Below, in pieces: positions 7,589 to 17,800 of a stretch of 64,000 nt of DNA. Source of the stretch: an uncultured delta proteobacterium (GTDB lineage Bacteria; Desulfobacterota; Desulfobaccia; Desulfobaccales; 0-14-0-80-60-11). Numbering within the stretch: position 1 is the stretch's first letter; every line of letters begins with the position of its first letter. The translations under genes were made by a program, and so were the position numbers. Location: the NCBI GenBank assembly GCA_963705115.1, contig CAVPIX010000002.1, forward strand, positions 11,555 to 75,554, in the 5' to 3' direction. The notes under the pieces were generated by a model. It made no database searches, was not told the origin of the DNA, and saw nothing but the letters and a program-made list of their open reading frames with translations.

Positions 7589-9214
7589 GTGGAGGTAACA
7601 ACCAGTCTGTCTCACCTGTTCCCCTGGGAAAAGGACATCCCCCCGGATGTCCGGCTGGACGGCCCCATCGCCCAGGACACCTATCTGGTGGGGGGCGAAC
7701 TGATACCCTGGGACGGCCCCGTCCATGAGGTCTTCTCCCCGGTTTATGTGCAGACGGCAGCCGGGCCGGCCCCCAAAAAACTGGGGCATTTCCCCCTGTT
7801 GACCGTGGAGGCGGCCCATAAGGCCCTGGCCGCGGCGGTGGCTGCGTATAACAGCGGCCGGGGGGAGTGGCCCACCGCCAGCGTGGGCTGGCGCATCGCC
7901 CATGTGGAGGATTTCATCTTTCGCATGATAGAGCGCAAAGCCGACGTGGTGAAGCTCCTCATGTGGGAGATCGGCAAGTCCCGCCAGGATTCGGAAAAGG
8001 AGTTCGACCGCACCGTCATTTATCTCCGGGACACCATCGAGGCCTATAAGGACCTGGACCGGGCCAATTCCCGTTTTGTCATCGAAGAAGGCATCATCGC
8101 CCAGATCAGGCGGGCTCCACTGGGGGTGGCCCTGTGTATGGGGCCTTTCAATTACCCCCTAAACGAGACCTTCACCACCCTCCTGCCGGCCCTCATCATG
8201 GGGAACTGCGTGGTGCTCAAGCCCCCGAAGCTGGGGGTGCTGCTGTTCACCCCCCTGCTCGAGGCGTTCCGGGACGCGTTTCCCCCCGGGGTGGTCAACA
8301 TCATTTACGGCCAGGGCCGGGAGATTGCCACACCGCTGATGGCCACCGGCCAGGTGGACATCCTGGCCTTTATCGGCACCAGCAAGCCGGCGGACCTCCT
8401 GAAAAAAGCCCACCCCAAACCCCACCGTTTGCGGTCGGTCCTGGGCCTGGAGGCCAAAAACCCGGCCATTGTCCTGCCGGACGCCGACCTGGACCTGACC
8501 GTGCGGGAATGCCTGAGCGGCTCCCTGTCTTTTAACGGCCAGCGCTGCAGCGCCATCAAGATCATCTTTGTGCATAAGGGCATCGTGGACGCCTTTTTGG
8601 AGAAGTTCACCGCGGCCCTGGCCGCCGCCAAATTCGGCCTCCCCTGGGAGGAGGGGGTGTTTTTGACCCCCCTGCCGGAACCGGGCAAACCCAAAATCCT
8701 CAGCGACTTTGTGCAAGATGCGGTGGCGCAGGGGGCCGGGGTAGTCAACCCGGGCGGGGGCGCGGTGCACCACTCCTTTTTCTATCCCGCCGTGGTCTAT
8801 CCGGTGGCCGGCGCCATGCGGCTTTTCCATGAAGAGCAGTTCGGGCCGGTGGTGCCGGTGGCGCCTTTTGACACCCTCGACACCCCCATTAACTACATCA
8901 TCTCTTCCAATTACGGTCAGCAGGCCAGCATTTTCTCCAGAGACCCCCAGGTAATTGCGGACCTTATCGATCCCCTGGTCAACCAGGTGTGCCGGGTCAA
9001 CATCAACAGCCAATGCCAGCGGGGGCCGGATACCTTCCCCTGGACAGGGCGCAAGGACTCCGCCGAAGCCACCCTGTCGGTGGCGGACGCGTTGCGGGCC
9101 TTTTCCATCCGCACCCTGGTGGCGGCCAAGGCCACGGACTTGAATAAAAAGATCATCACCGACATCGTGCGGGGACAAAAATCCTCATTTTTATCCACTG
9201 ACTATATTTTGTAG
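7589..9214 (+). CDS. gapN: NADP-dependent non-phosphorylating glyceraldehyde-3-phosphate dehydrogenase (ALDH superfamily)
   Basis: PFNYP, FIGTS, LGLEAKNP (catalytic Glu), SFNGQRCSA (catalytic Cys), EEQFGPV, SQCQRGPD, GRKDSA. Confidence 0.8.
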   Translation: MEVTTSLSHLFPWEKDIPPDVRLDGPIAQDTYLVGGELIPWDGPVHEVFSPVYVQTAAGPAPKKLGHFPLLTVEAAHKALAAAVAAYNSGRGEWPTASVGWRIAHVEDFIFRMIERKADVVKLLMWEIGKSRQDSEKEFDRTVIYLRDTIEAYKDLDRANSRFVIEEGIIAQIRRAPLGVALCMGPFNYPLNETFTTLLPALIMGNCVVLKPPKLGVLLFTPLLEAFRDAFPPGVVNIIYGQGREIATPLMATGQVDILAFIGTSKPADLLKKAHPKPHRLRSVLGLEAKNPAIVLPDADLDLTVRECLSGSLSFNGQRCSAIKIIFVHKGIVDAFLEKFTAALAAAKFGLPWEEGVFLTPLPEPGKPKILSDFVQDAVAQGAGVVNPGGGAVHHSFFYPAVVYPVAGAMRLFHEEQFGPVVPVAPFDTLDTPINYIISSNYGQQASIFSRDPQVIADLIDPLVNQVCRVNINSQCQRGPDTFPWTGRKDSAEATLSVADALRAFSIRTLVAAKATDLNKKIITDIVRGQKSSFLSTDYIL

Positions 9215-9622
9215 GACTTCGGCCCCGGAGGGCCCGGCACTTTCCGCCGGGCTCTTGGGGGCGTGCCGGTCCAGCCCCTGGCTTTATTTTCTCGGGTCAA
9301 TCTCTTCCTGAAGATTTCTTGTCCAGGAAGAATTTTCCCGCCGATAGAAAATCTTCTTATCCCACGCTAGTCAGCAGGAGCGTTTTTTGTATCACCGCGA
9401 TGTCGGTTTCCGGCAGTCGGCCTGCATATTTCCCCTGGGGAGATCTGGTAGTCATCCTTTGCTATTCACCAGAAAAAATATATTAATATAATGATAACAA
9501 TTAGTTGTCCATTCTGCGTTATCTTTTTCGATAAAGTCTCGGCGAACTTGGTACGATCCTTGTTATGAGTATGACTATCGCTGCCCCTTAAACTCCTTAA
9601 ATCTCGACTGGCGGCCCTGCGG

Positions 9623-9958
9623 ATGACACAAACAATGAGCGAGTACTTTGTAGCCGGCGGCATCTTTGAAAACCCCATGGGCACAGAGCGGTTCGATTTG
9701 GTCTGTGCCGGTCCGGGGGAGCCGCCCCTGGTGATGGCGGAGAGCGTTATGCATTATTTTCGGCTGGTCTGGCAAAACGCCCACCTTTACCGGGTAGAAA
9801 AAGATTACACCCTGGTCTTGATCGTGTCCTCCCCCGAAGCTCTGGAGCGGGGAGTCAAAGCGCCGCCCCGGGTCACGCCGGACCAGGAATTGTTGGCGAA
9901 ATTGCAGTCAGTTATCAAACATGAGCCCTCATCCCCCACTCCCACCTCTTCACAGTAA
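9623..9958 (+). CDS. Hypothetical protein
   Basis: 111-aa ORF with coding-like codon usage; no recognisable motif. Confidence 0.55.
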   Translation: MTQTMSEYFVAGGIFENPMGTERFDLVCAGPGEPPLVMAESVMHYFRLVWQNAHLYRVEKDYTLVLIVSSPEALERGVKAPPRVTPDQELLAKLQSVIKHEPSSPTPTSSQ

Positions 9959-10006
9959 AGATCAACCCCGTCCAGTGGGAAATTTGGTCAAATTTCTTTT
10001 TATTAT

Positions 10007-10035
10007 TTGACAAATTTGGGCGCTTGCTGTATAGT
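10007..10035 (+). promoter_or_regulatory. sigma70 promoter
   Basis: TTGACA (10007-10012), 17-bp spacer, TATAGT (10030-10035), upstream of the SLT gene. Confidence 0.7.
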
Positions 10036-10174
10036 GAAAAACTACACAATCTCATAGTCCTTTTAAGGGCTTAATCTGCTGAAATAACTGATTAAATCAG
10101 CCAAAGCCCTTTCGCTTTAAACCTTCTCTGTTCCAATCACCACAATTCCAGAACAAACCAGGAGGCAAAATAAA

Positions 10175-10654
10175 TTGAGAACTATTGCTATTTTTTTCCT
10201 TGTAACCTTGTTAAATGTGCCGGTCTGGGCCCAATCCTATTCCAAGTCGCCCCCGCAGATCGGCAGACTGGTCCTCAAACAGGAATATTGGGGGTACATC
10301 CAGGAAGCCGCCAAAAAATACAACCTATCACCCCACCTGATCCAGGCGGTCTGCGCCATCGAATCCCGCTACGACCCTTATGCCACTTCGGGGCGGGGAC
10401 GCTGCATCGGCCTGATGCAATTACACCAGGACACCGCCAGAAAATATGGCGTCGACCCCTACAATCCCCGGGAAAATATCATGGGTGGCGCCGCGGTCCT
10501 GGCCAAATTCATGGAGCGCTACAACGGCGATATCAGGAAGGTGTTGAGGAAATATAACGCCACCTGTACTGCGGCTTATGAGCGCGAGGTCATCCGAGCT
10601 TATGAGCAGGCCCTAACCACCAGCATCGTTTTCGCCAAAAAGCCCTTGAAATAG
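10175..10654 (+). CDS. Soluble lytic transglycosylase (SLT domain), exported
   Basis: Signal peptide; AIES (catalytic Glu), GLMQL and NIMGG motifs; GGAGG before the TTG start. Confidence 0.9.
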   Translation: MRTIAIFFLVTLLNVPVWAQSYSKSPPQIGRLVLKQEYWGYIQEAAKKYNLSPHLIQAVCAIESRYDPYATSGRGRCIGLMQLHQDTARKYGVDPYNPRENIMGGAAVLAKFMERYNGDIRKVLRKYNATCTAAYEREVIRAYEQALTTSIVFAKKPLK

Positions 10655-11357
10655 CCAGGCCTGCTGTTTTTCCTGTAGTCTCGGACCCAAAAATCACCCG
10701 GACAACTTCTGCCTTTCCCGCCGTTTTTGCCAGACGGACAGGCGACTCTCGTCTTCAGGCCGGCGTTTAAGTCCATAATAGCTGGGGAATAGACCGAGCA
10801 TAATCCCGCCCCGCCCTCTCCAGAAAAAATTTTGACTTTCCGGAGGGGGGCCCTTATAATTGATAAAATTTTCTCAAGGGAGGTGCTTCCAGGTGTACCG
10901 GTTTGTGCACATTGTTCGCAGGAAGTCCTGAAGCCCAGGTGCTGCGAGAACCTTGGCAAGGTTCTCCACCGAACCCGGCTGGCTGAGGCGGGAACGGCGC
11001 GCCTGGGAGAAGCTCAACACAGGATAATTCCTGAAGCTCCTGCCAGACCCTCCTTCCCTTCCCAGCGGGGGTTCATTTCCCCGCCACTTCCCTCAAAGCC
11101 AGCAATAATTCAGGATTTTCCAGCCTGGGACAAGAAGGCCATGGACAGATATGCTCTGTCCAATTGACCTCTCCCGGACAGCCATGCGTCAATCCACGCC
11201 GTTGGGTTGGGACCGCGCCGCCTCCGGGTGAACCCAGGCAATCTCCTCGAGGCCTGGGGCTTGGCCTTGTGGATCGTGCCGAAGGGCTGCAACAAGATCG
11301 TCCCCAAGGCATCAACCGTATTATCTTTAAAAAGAGGGAAACGGAGGAAGTGGTGAC

Positions 11358-12449
11358 ATGTCTGCCATAAAAGAATTTTTTGCCTCCCGGACCGGGATCA
11401 TCGGTGTGGGAGCTTTCATCGGCGTCTTTGCAGCCCTGCTGCAAAAATGGGGCAACCCCGGCAACATGGGGATTTGCGTGGCCTGCTTCGACCGGGACAT
11501 CGCCGGGGGCATCGGCATCCACCGGGCGGCCCTGGTGCAGTATTTGCGCCCGGAGATTATGGGCTTCGTTTTGGGCGCTCTCATATCCGCTTATATATTC
11601 AAGGAATTTCGGGCCCGGGCCGGCTCGGCCCCCATCGTGCGCTTTGTCCTGGGCATGATTGCCATGATCGGCGCCCTGGTGTTTCTGGGCTGCCCCTGGC
11701 GGGCCTTGCTGCGCCTGGCCGGGGGGGATGGCAACGCCATCTTCGGCCTCCTGGGCTTAACAGCCGGAGTTGGCATCGGCGCCCTTTTTTTCAAAGCCGG
11801 CTACAACCTGGGACGCACCCAGAAGGCCTACCCCTCGGTGGGCTGGCTCCTGCCTTTGATTATCCTTGGCCTTCTGGCTTTGCGTCTCATCTTCCCGCCG
11901 ATTCCCGGCCAGGAGCAGAGCGGCATCCTTTTTTACAGCCTCAAAGGGCCGGGCTCCATGTACGCTCCTTTCCTGGTCTCCCTGGGGGTGGGGCTGGGGG
12001 TGGGTATCGTGGCCCAACGCAGCCGCTTTTGCACCATGGGGGCCATCCGGGACTTGTTATTATTTCGGCAGATTCACCTGCTCTCCGGGGTGGTGGCTTT
12101 GCTGGTGGCGGCCTTTGTCACCAATCTGATTCTGGGCCAGTTCAAGCCTGGTTTTGAAGGCCAACCAGTGGCCCACACCATGGAACTGTGGAATTTTCTG
12201 GGCATGGTGGTGGCCGGCCTGGCCTTTGCCCTGGCGGGGGGCTGCCCGGGGCGGCAGTTGTTTATGGCGGGGGAAGGCGACGGTGACGCGGCGGTATTCG
12301 TGCTGGGCATGATTGTGGGGGCCGGGGTTTCCCACAACTTCGGCCTGGCCAGCTCCCCCGCCGGCATCGGCCCCCACGGCGTGGCCGCAGTATTTGTCAG
12401 CCTGATGGTGCTTCTGTTCATCGGCTTCACCATGCGGCAAAAGGCCTGA
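11358..12449 (+). CDS. yedE: YedE/YeeE-family putative selenium/sulfur transporter
   Basis: GNPGNMGICVACFDRDIAG, FLGCPWR, RSRFCTMG and LAGGCPGRQL; multi-TM; adjacent TusA-like gene. Confidence 0.85.
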   Translation: MSAIKEFFASRTGIIGVGAFIGVFAALLQKWGNPGNMGICVACFDRDIAGGIGIHRAALVQYLRPEIMGFVLGALISAYIFKEFRARAGSAPIVRFVLGMIAMIGALVFLGCPWRALLRLAGGDGNAIFGLLGLTAGVGIGALFFKAGYNLGRTQKAYPSVGWLLPLIILGLLALRLIFPPIPGQEQSGILFYSLKGPGSMYAPFLVSLGVGLGVGIVAQRSRFCTMGAIRDLLLFRQIHLLSGVVALLVAAFVTNLILGQFKPGFEGQPVAHTMELWNFLGMVVAGLAFALAGGCPGRQLFMAGEGDGDAAVFVLGMIVGAGVSHNFGLASSPAGIGPHGVAAVFVSLMVLLFIGFTMRQKA

Positions 12450-12737
12450 GCGCACAGGCTTCCAGCCTGTGCCGCAACAGGCAAGATGCCTGTTCTCCCG
12501 GTCTAAGGGAGTTGGCGCGGCAGGACGGGCTTTTCGCCCGTCTGGCCCGGGCAGGCTGCCCGTGCTGCCCACATTGAGGGTTAGAGGGTAAAGGACCCTG
12601 CTTTTCCCCCGAGACTTTTTATTGCGATTGCCAGAAGTTCTTTCCTTTAATTCCCTCTCCACCCGCCGGGGGGAGAGGGCTAGGGTGAGGGGGGATAAGA
12701 AAAAACTATTGGCAACAAATATAAATGGAGGCGCACC

Positions 12738-12956
12738 ATGACTGAACAAATCGACGCCCGGGGGCTCTCCTGCCCCCAGCCGGTCTTGCTGACCATGGAA
12801 AAATTGAGAGATTTGCAACAGGGAGAACTGGTGGTCCTGGTGGGCACTGACACCTCCCGGGAAAACGTCAGCCGGGCCGCGGCCAGCCTGGGCTGGCAGG
12901 TGAAAGACGTCCAGCCCGACGGCGAGGAATACCAGATTACCTTACAGAAAGGCTGA
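12738..12956 (+). CDS. TusA/SirA/YedF-family sulfur(selenium) carrier
   Basis: IDARGLSCPQPV motif; 72 aa. Confidence 0.9.
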   Translation: MTEQIDARGLSCPQPVLLTMEKLRDLQQGELVVLVGTDTSRENVSRAAASLGWQVKDVQPDGEEYQITLQKG

Positions 12957-13055
12957 TTAGTAACATATCAACAGCATAACACTATAGATAAGCATCTCTT
13001 GTAGGGGCGACGCATGCGTCGCCCTTACGGACAAACCTGCCATTCTGGAGGAAAC

Positions 13056-13604
13056 ATGGCCTTCTGGCCTTTTAAAAAACGATCCCAACCTAAAGCCGCA
13101 GCTGGTCCCACGGGCGACCGGGGGATTTTGGTGTTTTCCCACACCAGCGAGGTCATTCGGGCCGAAAAGGCCCTCAAAGAGGGGGGCTGGCGGATTCGGG
13201 TCATGGGCCCGCCTCCCGAAATCCAAAGCGGCTGCGACCTGGTGATCGAGTTTCCCATTATCGAGGAATTACAAGTATTGAGGGTCCTGGACCAGGCTCG
13301 CCTGAGCCCCCTGGAGGTGTTGCCGGTGAGCGGCCCCTTGCTGAAGCCGGTAGATCTCTTCCAGGTGAAAGACTTCGGGCGCTTCCTCATGGTGCGGGCC
13401 GCCAACATGAAGCTCACCGTGGACAAGGACACCCGCAAGATCGTCAACGTCTCCGGGGGCGGCTGCCCGGACGTGCCCTACCTGGCCCGGGAACTGGTGG
13501 GCCGCCCTCTGGATCAGGCCCCTCGGCCCCGGGACCTGGGCCACACCCTGTGCGGCTATGCCCTGGAACTGGCCTTTCAGGAGATGGAGCGCCAATGCTC
13601 TTGA
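13056..13604 (+). CDS. DUF3343-like domain protein with Cys-containing C-terminal extension
   Basis: Start at ATG 13056 after GGAGG. F-x-HTSEVIRAE...PPPEIQSGCDL N-terminal domain; GGGCPDVP and TLCGYAL in the C-terminal part. Confidence 0.75.
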   Translation: MAFWPFKKRSQPKAAAGPTGDRGILVFSHTSEVIRAEKALKEGGWRIRVMGPPPEIQSGCDLVIEFPIIEELQVLRVLDQARLSPLEVLPVSGPLLKPVDLFQVKDFGRFLMVRAANMKLTVDKDTRKIVNVSGGGCPDVPYLARELVGRPLDQAPRPRDLGHTLCGYALELAFQEMERQCS

Positions 13605-14467
13605 TCGTCGGCACTATTCCGGACCCGGACTTGCCCCTCAGCGAAGGGGAAGCCAGGCTGGCAGGGCAAAATCTTGTGGCGGCTGGACGGGAGATGCCGG
13701 TGAACCGGGGCACCTTAGCCCTGGCGGCCGCGGCCGCCGCCACCCTGGCCTATCTCAAAAAACCTGCCCCGTTTGTTTGCCTGGCCGGGGATATCGGCAA
13801 GGGCGGGGGCAGCCGCCTGGTGTATGAACACCTGGAACGCACCCTGTCTGACCGGGAGTTCGGGGTTATCTGCTTCCATTATCTCCAACCCGATGTGGAC
13901 TGGCACAACCGGGTCCTGTTCGCGATCCAGGAGATGAACCCCAGGCCCCTCCTTATCGCGGATGCGGGATTCATGTATGTGGCCAAGATGAGCGGCCAGG
14001 CGGCGGAATACGACCTGTTCACCCCGGATGCCGGAGAGTTGGCCTTCCTGGCTGACGAAACCGCGCCCCACCCCTTTTACACCCGGGGTTTTATCCTGCA
14101 TGAAAACAACCGGGTGCCGGACCTCATCGCCAGGGCCTATGCCCACCAGAACGCCGCCCGCTACCTCCTGGTGAAGGGAGAAACGGATTATCTGGCCGAC
14201 TCCACGGGCATCCTGGCCACCGTGGCCGAGCCCCGCCTCGAGGCTCTGGAGGCCATCGGCGGCACCGGCGACACCCTCACCGGCATGGCGGCCGCGCTCA
14301 TCGCCGCCGGCTACAACCTGGAGACCGCCGCGGTCCTGGCGGCCAGAGCCAACCGCCTGGCCGGTCTTCTGGCCGCCCCCACGCCGGCCACCCAGGTAGA
14401 GGAGATTATTCAGTATATTCCGGAAGCCCTGGCGGAATTGCAGGAATCAGTGAGCGGTGAGCAGTAA
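13595..14467 (+). CDS. YjeF-C/ribokinase-like carbohydrate kinase-fold protein
   Basis: LIADAG, FTPDAGE, LLVKG and GGTGDTLTG motifs; overlaps the upstream stop codon. Confidence 0.8.
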   Translation: MLLIVGTIPDPDLPLSEGEARLAGQNLVAAGREMPVNRGTLALAAAAAATLAYLKKPAPFVCLAGDIGKGGGSRLVYEHLERTLSDREFGVICFHYLQPDVDWHNRVLFAIQEMNPRPLLIADAGFMYVAKMSGQAAEYDLFTPDAGELAFLADETAPHPFYTRGFILHENNRVPDLIARAYAHQNAARYLLVKGETDYLADSTGILATVAEPRLEALEAIGGTGDTLTGMAAALIAAGYNLETAAVLAARANRLAGLLAAPTPATQVEEIIQYIPEALAELQESVSGEQ

Positions 14468-14512
14468 GAGGTTGCGCATGAGGTTTGGCTCACCCGTGAA
14501 TGATGAAAGGAC

Positions 14513-14785
14513 CGGTGGGGCGGGCCTCCGTGCCCGCCATTTTGGTGTGCAGTGCGCACCCTACACCTGAAGGAAAAGACTAAACTTAAGGCGGGTACTG
14601 CCCGCCAAATATGTGGTGGGCGGTGCCCACCCTACACAACTTTTCGAAGACAAGTGAGGCTCTTGCAAAATTGTAGCCGCAGGCTTCAGCCTGCGCAGGC
14701 ACAGGCTGGAAAGCCTGTGCCACCAAGGCTTAACTTAGCAACCAGATAAAATCTTCCGCCTGTAAATGTATTTTGCAAGAGGCTC
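14513..14785. repeat. Mosaic of REP-like palindromes, including a TIR-bounded MITE-like element (14656-14785)
   Basis: Hairpins ggtggggcgggcctccgtgcccgcc, ggtgggcggtgcccaccctac, gcaggcttcagcctgc and gcacaggctggaaagcctgtgc. GAGGCTCTTGCAAAA and TTTTGCAAGAGGCTC form inverted repeats. Confidence 0.7.
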
Positions 14786-14852
14786 AAGTATCAGGGAAAA
14801 GTTGGGTATCAAACAGAACAATGGCCACTGATCCCTACTCGTTGCTCACTGC

Positions 14853-17800
14853 TCAAAGCTCACTGCTCACTGCTCGCTGCCCTTTGGCCCGTTCATAGCG
14901 CTCACTCAATCCCTGCAAAAGCACAAAAAATACCGGCACAAAGGGAATGGCCAGGAGCGTCGAGGAGAGCATGCCCCCGAAGACCACGGTGCCGATGGCC
15001 CGCTGGCTGGCGGCCCCGGCCCCGCTGGCGTACAACAGGGGCAGGACCCCCATGATGAAGGCGAAGGAGGTCATGATGATGGGGCGGAACCGTCGGCGGG
15101 TGGCCTCCACCGCGGCCTCGGTGATGGACAGGCCTTCCTGCCGCATGTCCCGGGCGAACTCCACGATGAGGATGGCGTTTTTACTAGCTAAAGCGATCAT
15201 CAAGACCAGGCCCACCTGGGTGTAGAGGTTGTTGTCGTAACCACGGACCGCTTGAGCCGCAACAATCCCCACCAAGGCCATGGGCACGGCCAGGATGACG
15301 GCCACCGGGCTCGTCCAGCTTTCGTACTGCGCGGCCAAAACCAGGTAAACCAGGGTCAGGGCCAGGGCGTAAATGGCATAGGCCTGAAAGCCCACCTGTT
15401 TTTCCTGGAAGGAGGTGGCGGTCCATTCCGCGGCCATCCCCTGGGGCAGGGTGTTGGCGGCCACCTGTTCCATGAGGTTCAGGGCCTGCCCCGAACTGAA
15501 CCCGGGCGCGGCGGAGCCGAAAATGGTGGCCGCGGGGAAAAGATTATAGCGGGGCACCAGTTCAGCTCCCACAGAGCGTTCCACCTCCATAATGGTGCCC
15601 AGGGGCACCATCTGGCCCTTGAGATTCCTGACATGCAGCTTTTTGATATCCTCCCGGCGGAGGCGAAACTGGGCGTCGGCCTGGATGTACACCTGGAACA
15701 CCTGGTTGAACTTATTGAAAAGATTGACAAAGGAAGATCCCAGGTAGGCTTGCAGGGTTTCAAAAACCGTGTTCAGGGGCACTTGCAGGGACTCGGCCTT
15801 GGTGCGGTCGATTTCCAGGTAAATCTGGGGACTGCCGGCGCTGAAGGTGGTAGTGAGGCCTCGCAGGCCTGACTGGCTGTTGCCCGCGGCAATGAGTTCC
15901 CGCACGGCTTTGCTGAGCTCATCTAAACCCAGCCCCCGGCGGTCTTCCACCACCATCTGGAAGCCCCCGGCCTGGCCCAAACCCCGGATGGAGGGCGGCA
16001 CCAGGACAAAGGCCAGGGCGTCCGGCACCGAGGCCAACTGCCGATTCAAGCCGCCGATAATGTTTTCCTGGCTCAAAGCCGAGCCGCGCTTGCTCCAGGG
16101 TTCATAAACAATAAAAGTGGTGGAAATGTTGGAGATATTGGCGCCGTCCAGGACGGAAAAGCCGCCGATGCTCACCCAACTGGCTATGCCGGGAGTCTTT
16201 TCCAGAATCCCGTCGATCTGGTTGGACACCGCCCGGGCCCGGGGCTGGGAGGTGGCCTCCGGCAGCCGGCTTACCAGGATACCGTAGCCCTGGTCCTCCA
16301 CCGGCAGGAAGCCCACGGGCTGCAGGCTGTAGACCCAAGCCGCCGCCGCGATAATGAGGAGGAAAATCAGCAGCATGAGCTTTGGGTGCAGGACCATGCG
16401 GCGCACCAGGACCACATAGGCATGCTCCAGGACAGCGTAGACTTTGTTGAAGTGGCGGTAGAACCAGTTGGGCTCTTTATCGCTGGGAGGACGCAGCCAC
16501 AGGGCGCACTGGGCCGGCTTCAGGGTCAGGGCGTTAATGGCGCTGATAACCGCAGTGGCGGCGATCACCAGGGCGAACTGCCGGAAGAGTTGGCCGGTGA
16601 TGCCCGGAAAAAACGCGGCCGGCAGAAAGACGGAAACCAGCACCAGGGTGATGCCGATGACCGGACCGGTGACCTCCCCCATGGCCTTGATGGTGGCCTC
16701 TTTGGGGGGCAGGCCCCGCTCCACGTGGTACGAGGAGTTTTCCACAATGACAATGGCGTCGTCCACCACGATGCCGATGGCCAGGATGAGGGCGAACAGG
16801 GTCATGAGGTTGACGCCGAAACCCAGGGCCGCCATGGCTGCAAAAGTGCCGATAAGGGTCACCGGGATGGTGGTGGCCGGCACCAGGGTGGCCCGCCAAT
16901 TTTGCAGGAATACCATAATGACCAGGAGGACCAGGAGAGCGGCCTCCAGCAGGGTTTCATAGACCTTGGCCACCGTGTCCCGCACAAACCGGGTGGTGTC
17001 GTAGCGGATGATGTAATTGAGGCCCTCGGGAAAATCCTTACTCATCTCGGTCACGGCCTTGTAGACCTGGTCGGCCACATCAATGGCGTTGGCGTCAGGC
17101 AGAGCGAAAATGACAATCTGGGCCGACCGCAAGCCGCCCACATTGGCGTAGTTGGCGAAGCTCTGCTGGCTCAACTCCACCCGGGCGATGTCCTTCACGC
17201 GCACCAGTTGGGCCGTTTCATCCCGCTGACTTTTGACAATGATATTCTCGAACTGGGCTACATCGGACAGCCGGCCCAGGGCGTTGATGGTGAACTGGTT
17301 GACCTGATCCGGGGGTGTGGGCGGCCCGCCCAGTTGGCCGGCCACCACCTGGACGTTCTGGCGGCGGATGGCGGCCAGGACATCCAGGGTGGTGAGGTTG
17401 TAGCTCTGGAGGCGCTGGGGGTCCAGCCAGACCCGCATGCTGTAAGGGCCGGCCCCCACCACCCGGATCTGGCCCACCCCCGGCAGGCGCCCCAGGGGAT
17501 ACTGCATGTTGATGACCGCATAGTTGGACAGGAAGGCCTCGTCGAAGCGGTTGTCCTTGGAATACAGGCTCACCACCATGAGGATGTTGGTGGACACCTT
17601 TTTGATGGTGAGCCCCTGTTCCCGCACCTCCACCGGCAGCTGCGCGGTGGCCGTGGTGAGCTGGTTTTGCACCAGGGCCAGGGAGGTGTTCAGGTCCGTG
17701 CCCACATTGAAGGTGATAATCAGATTGTAGGAGCCGTCATTGGTGCTGGTGGACGACATGTAGATGGAATTTTCCACGCCGTTCACCGCCTGTTCGATGG

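Noticed and set aside
10655-11357. Gene or Moco-type riboswitch in the 700-bp gap before yedE (ORFs 10832..11167, 11164..11370)
   Set aside because: The ORFs have atypical composition and no RBS or motif; I could not match an aptamer consensus by eye. An Rfam scan would settle it.
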